Assembly (NCBI RefSeq): GCF_001194135.2
Contig: NC_068991.1
Coordinates: forward strand, 73,073,302-73,137,301
Source of the DNA: Octopus bimaculoides
Taxonomy: Eukaryota
Direction: 5' to 3'
DNA: 64,000 nt
Shown here: positions 64,000 through 64,000 of the stretch, piece by piece
How the letters are laid out: every line of letters starts with the position of its first letter
Position numbering within the stretch: position 1 is the stretch's first letter
Notes under the pieces: generated by a model
Told to the model about the DNA's origin: nothing
Databases searched by the model: none
What the model saw: only the letters and a program-made list of their open reading frames with translations
Made by a program: the position numbers and the translations under genes

Positions 64000-64000
64000 G
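63838..64000. repeat. (TATG)n followed by (TATC)n microsatellites
   Basis: Direct reading. Confidence 0.95.

Overview
This is AT-rich, repeat-saturated animal genomic DNA from a short-read draft assembly. It has 21 N-gaps, most abutting (TA)n/(CA)n microsatellites. The SINE families look like those I recognise from octopod cephalopods (Octopus-like); that taxon call is from memory and was not searched. I cannot support any host protein-coding gene, so the window is most likely intronic or intergenic. Nearly all supplied ORFs are artefacts of microsatellites, N-runs or SINE text. Identifiable content: about 30 copies or fragments of tRNA-headed SINEs (labelled here A, B, C, V-type, plus a SINE-like family D), two or three decayed Penelope-like elements (RT plus GIY-YIG), and Tx1-, CR1- and RTE-clade LINE fragments. 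DNA elements include an internally deleted Tc1 with TIRs and TA duplication, hAT/Charlie-type MITEs and several foldback structures. The most interesting signal is a set of hammerhead-ribozyme (HHR) motifs in short non-coding repeats. One is a near-canonical type I HHR inside a 328-bp insertion with a 26-bp target duplication (34914-34958, minus strand). Another is an inverted pair of well-formed HHRs sharing an unusual CCGAUGA core (56818-56914). Several eroded relics are also present. Together they suggest multiple HHR-bearing non-autonomous retroelement (Penelope- or retrozyme-like) families. All folds were paired by eye and none is tested.
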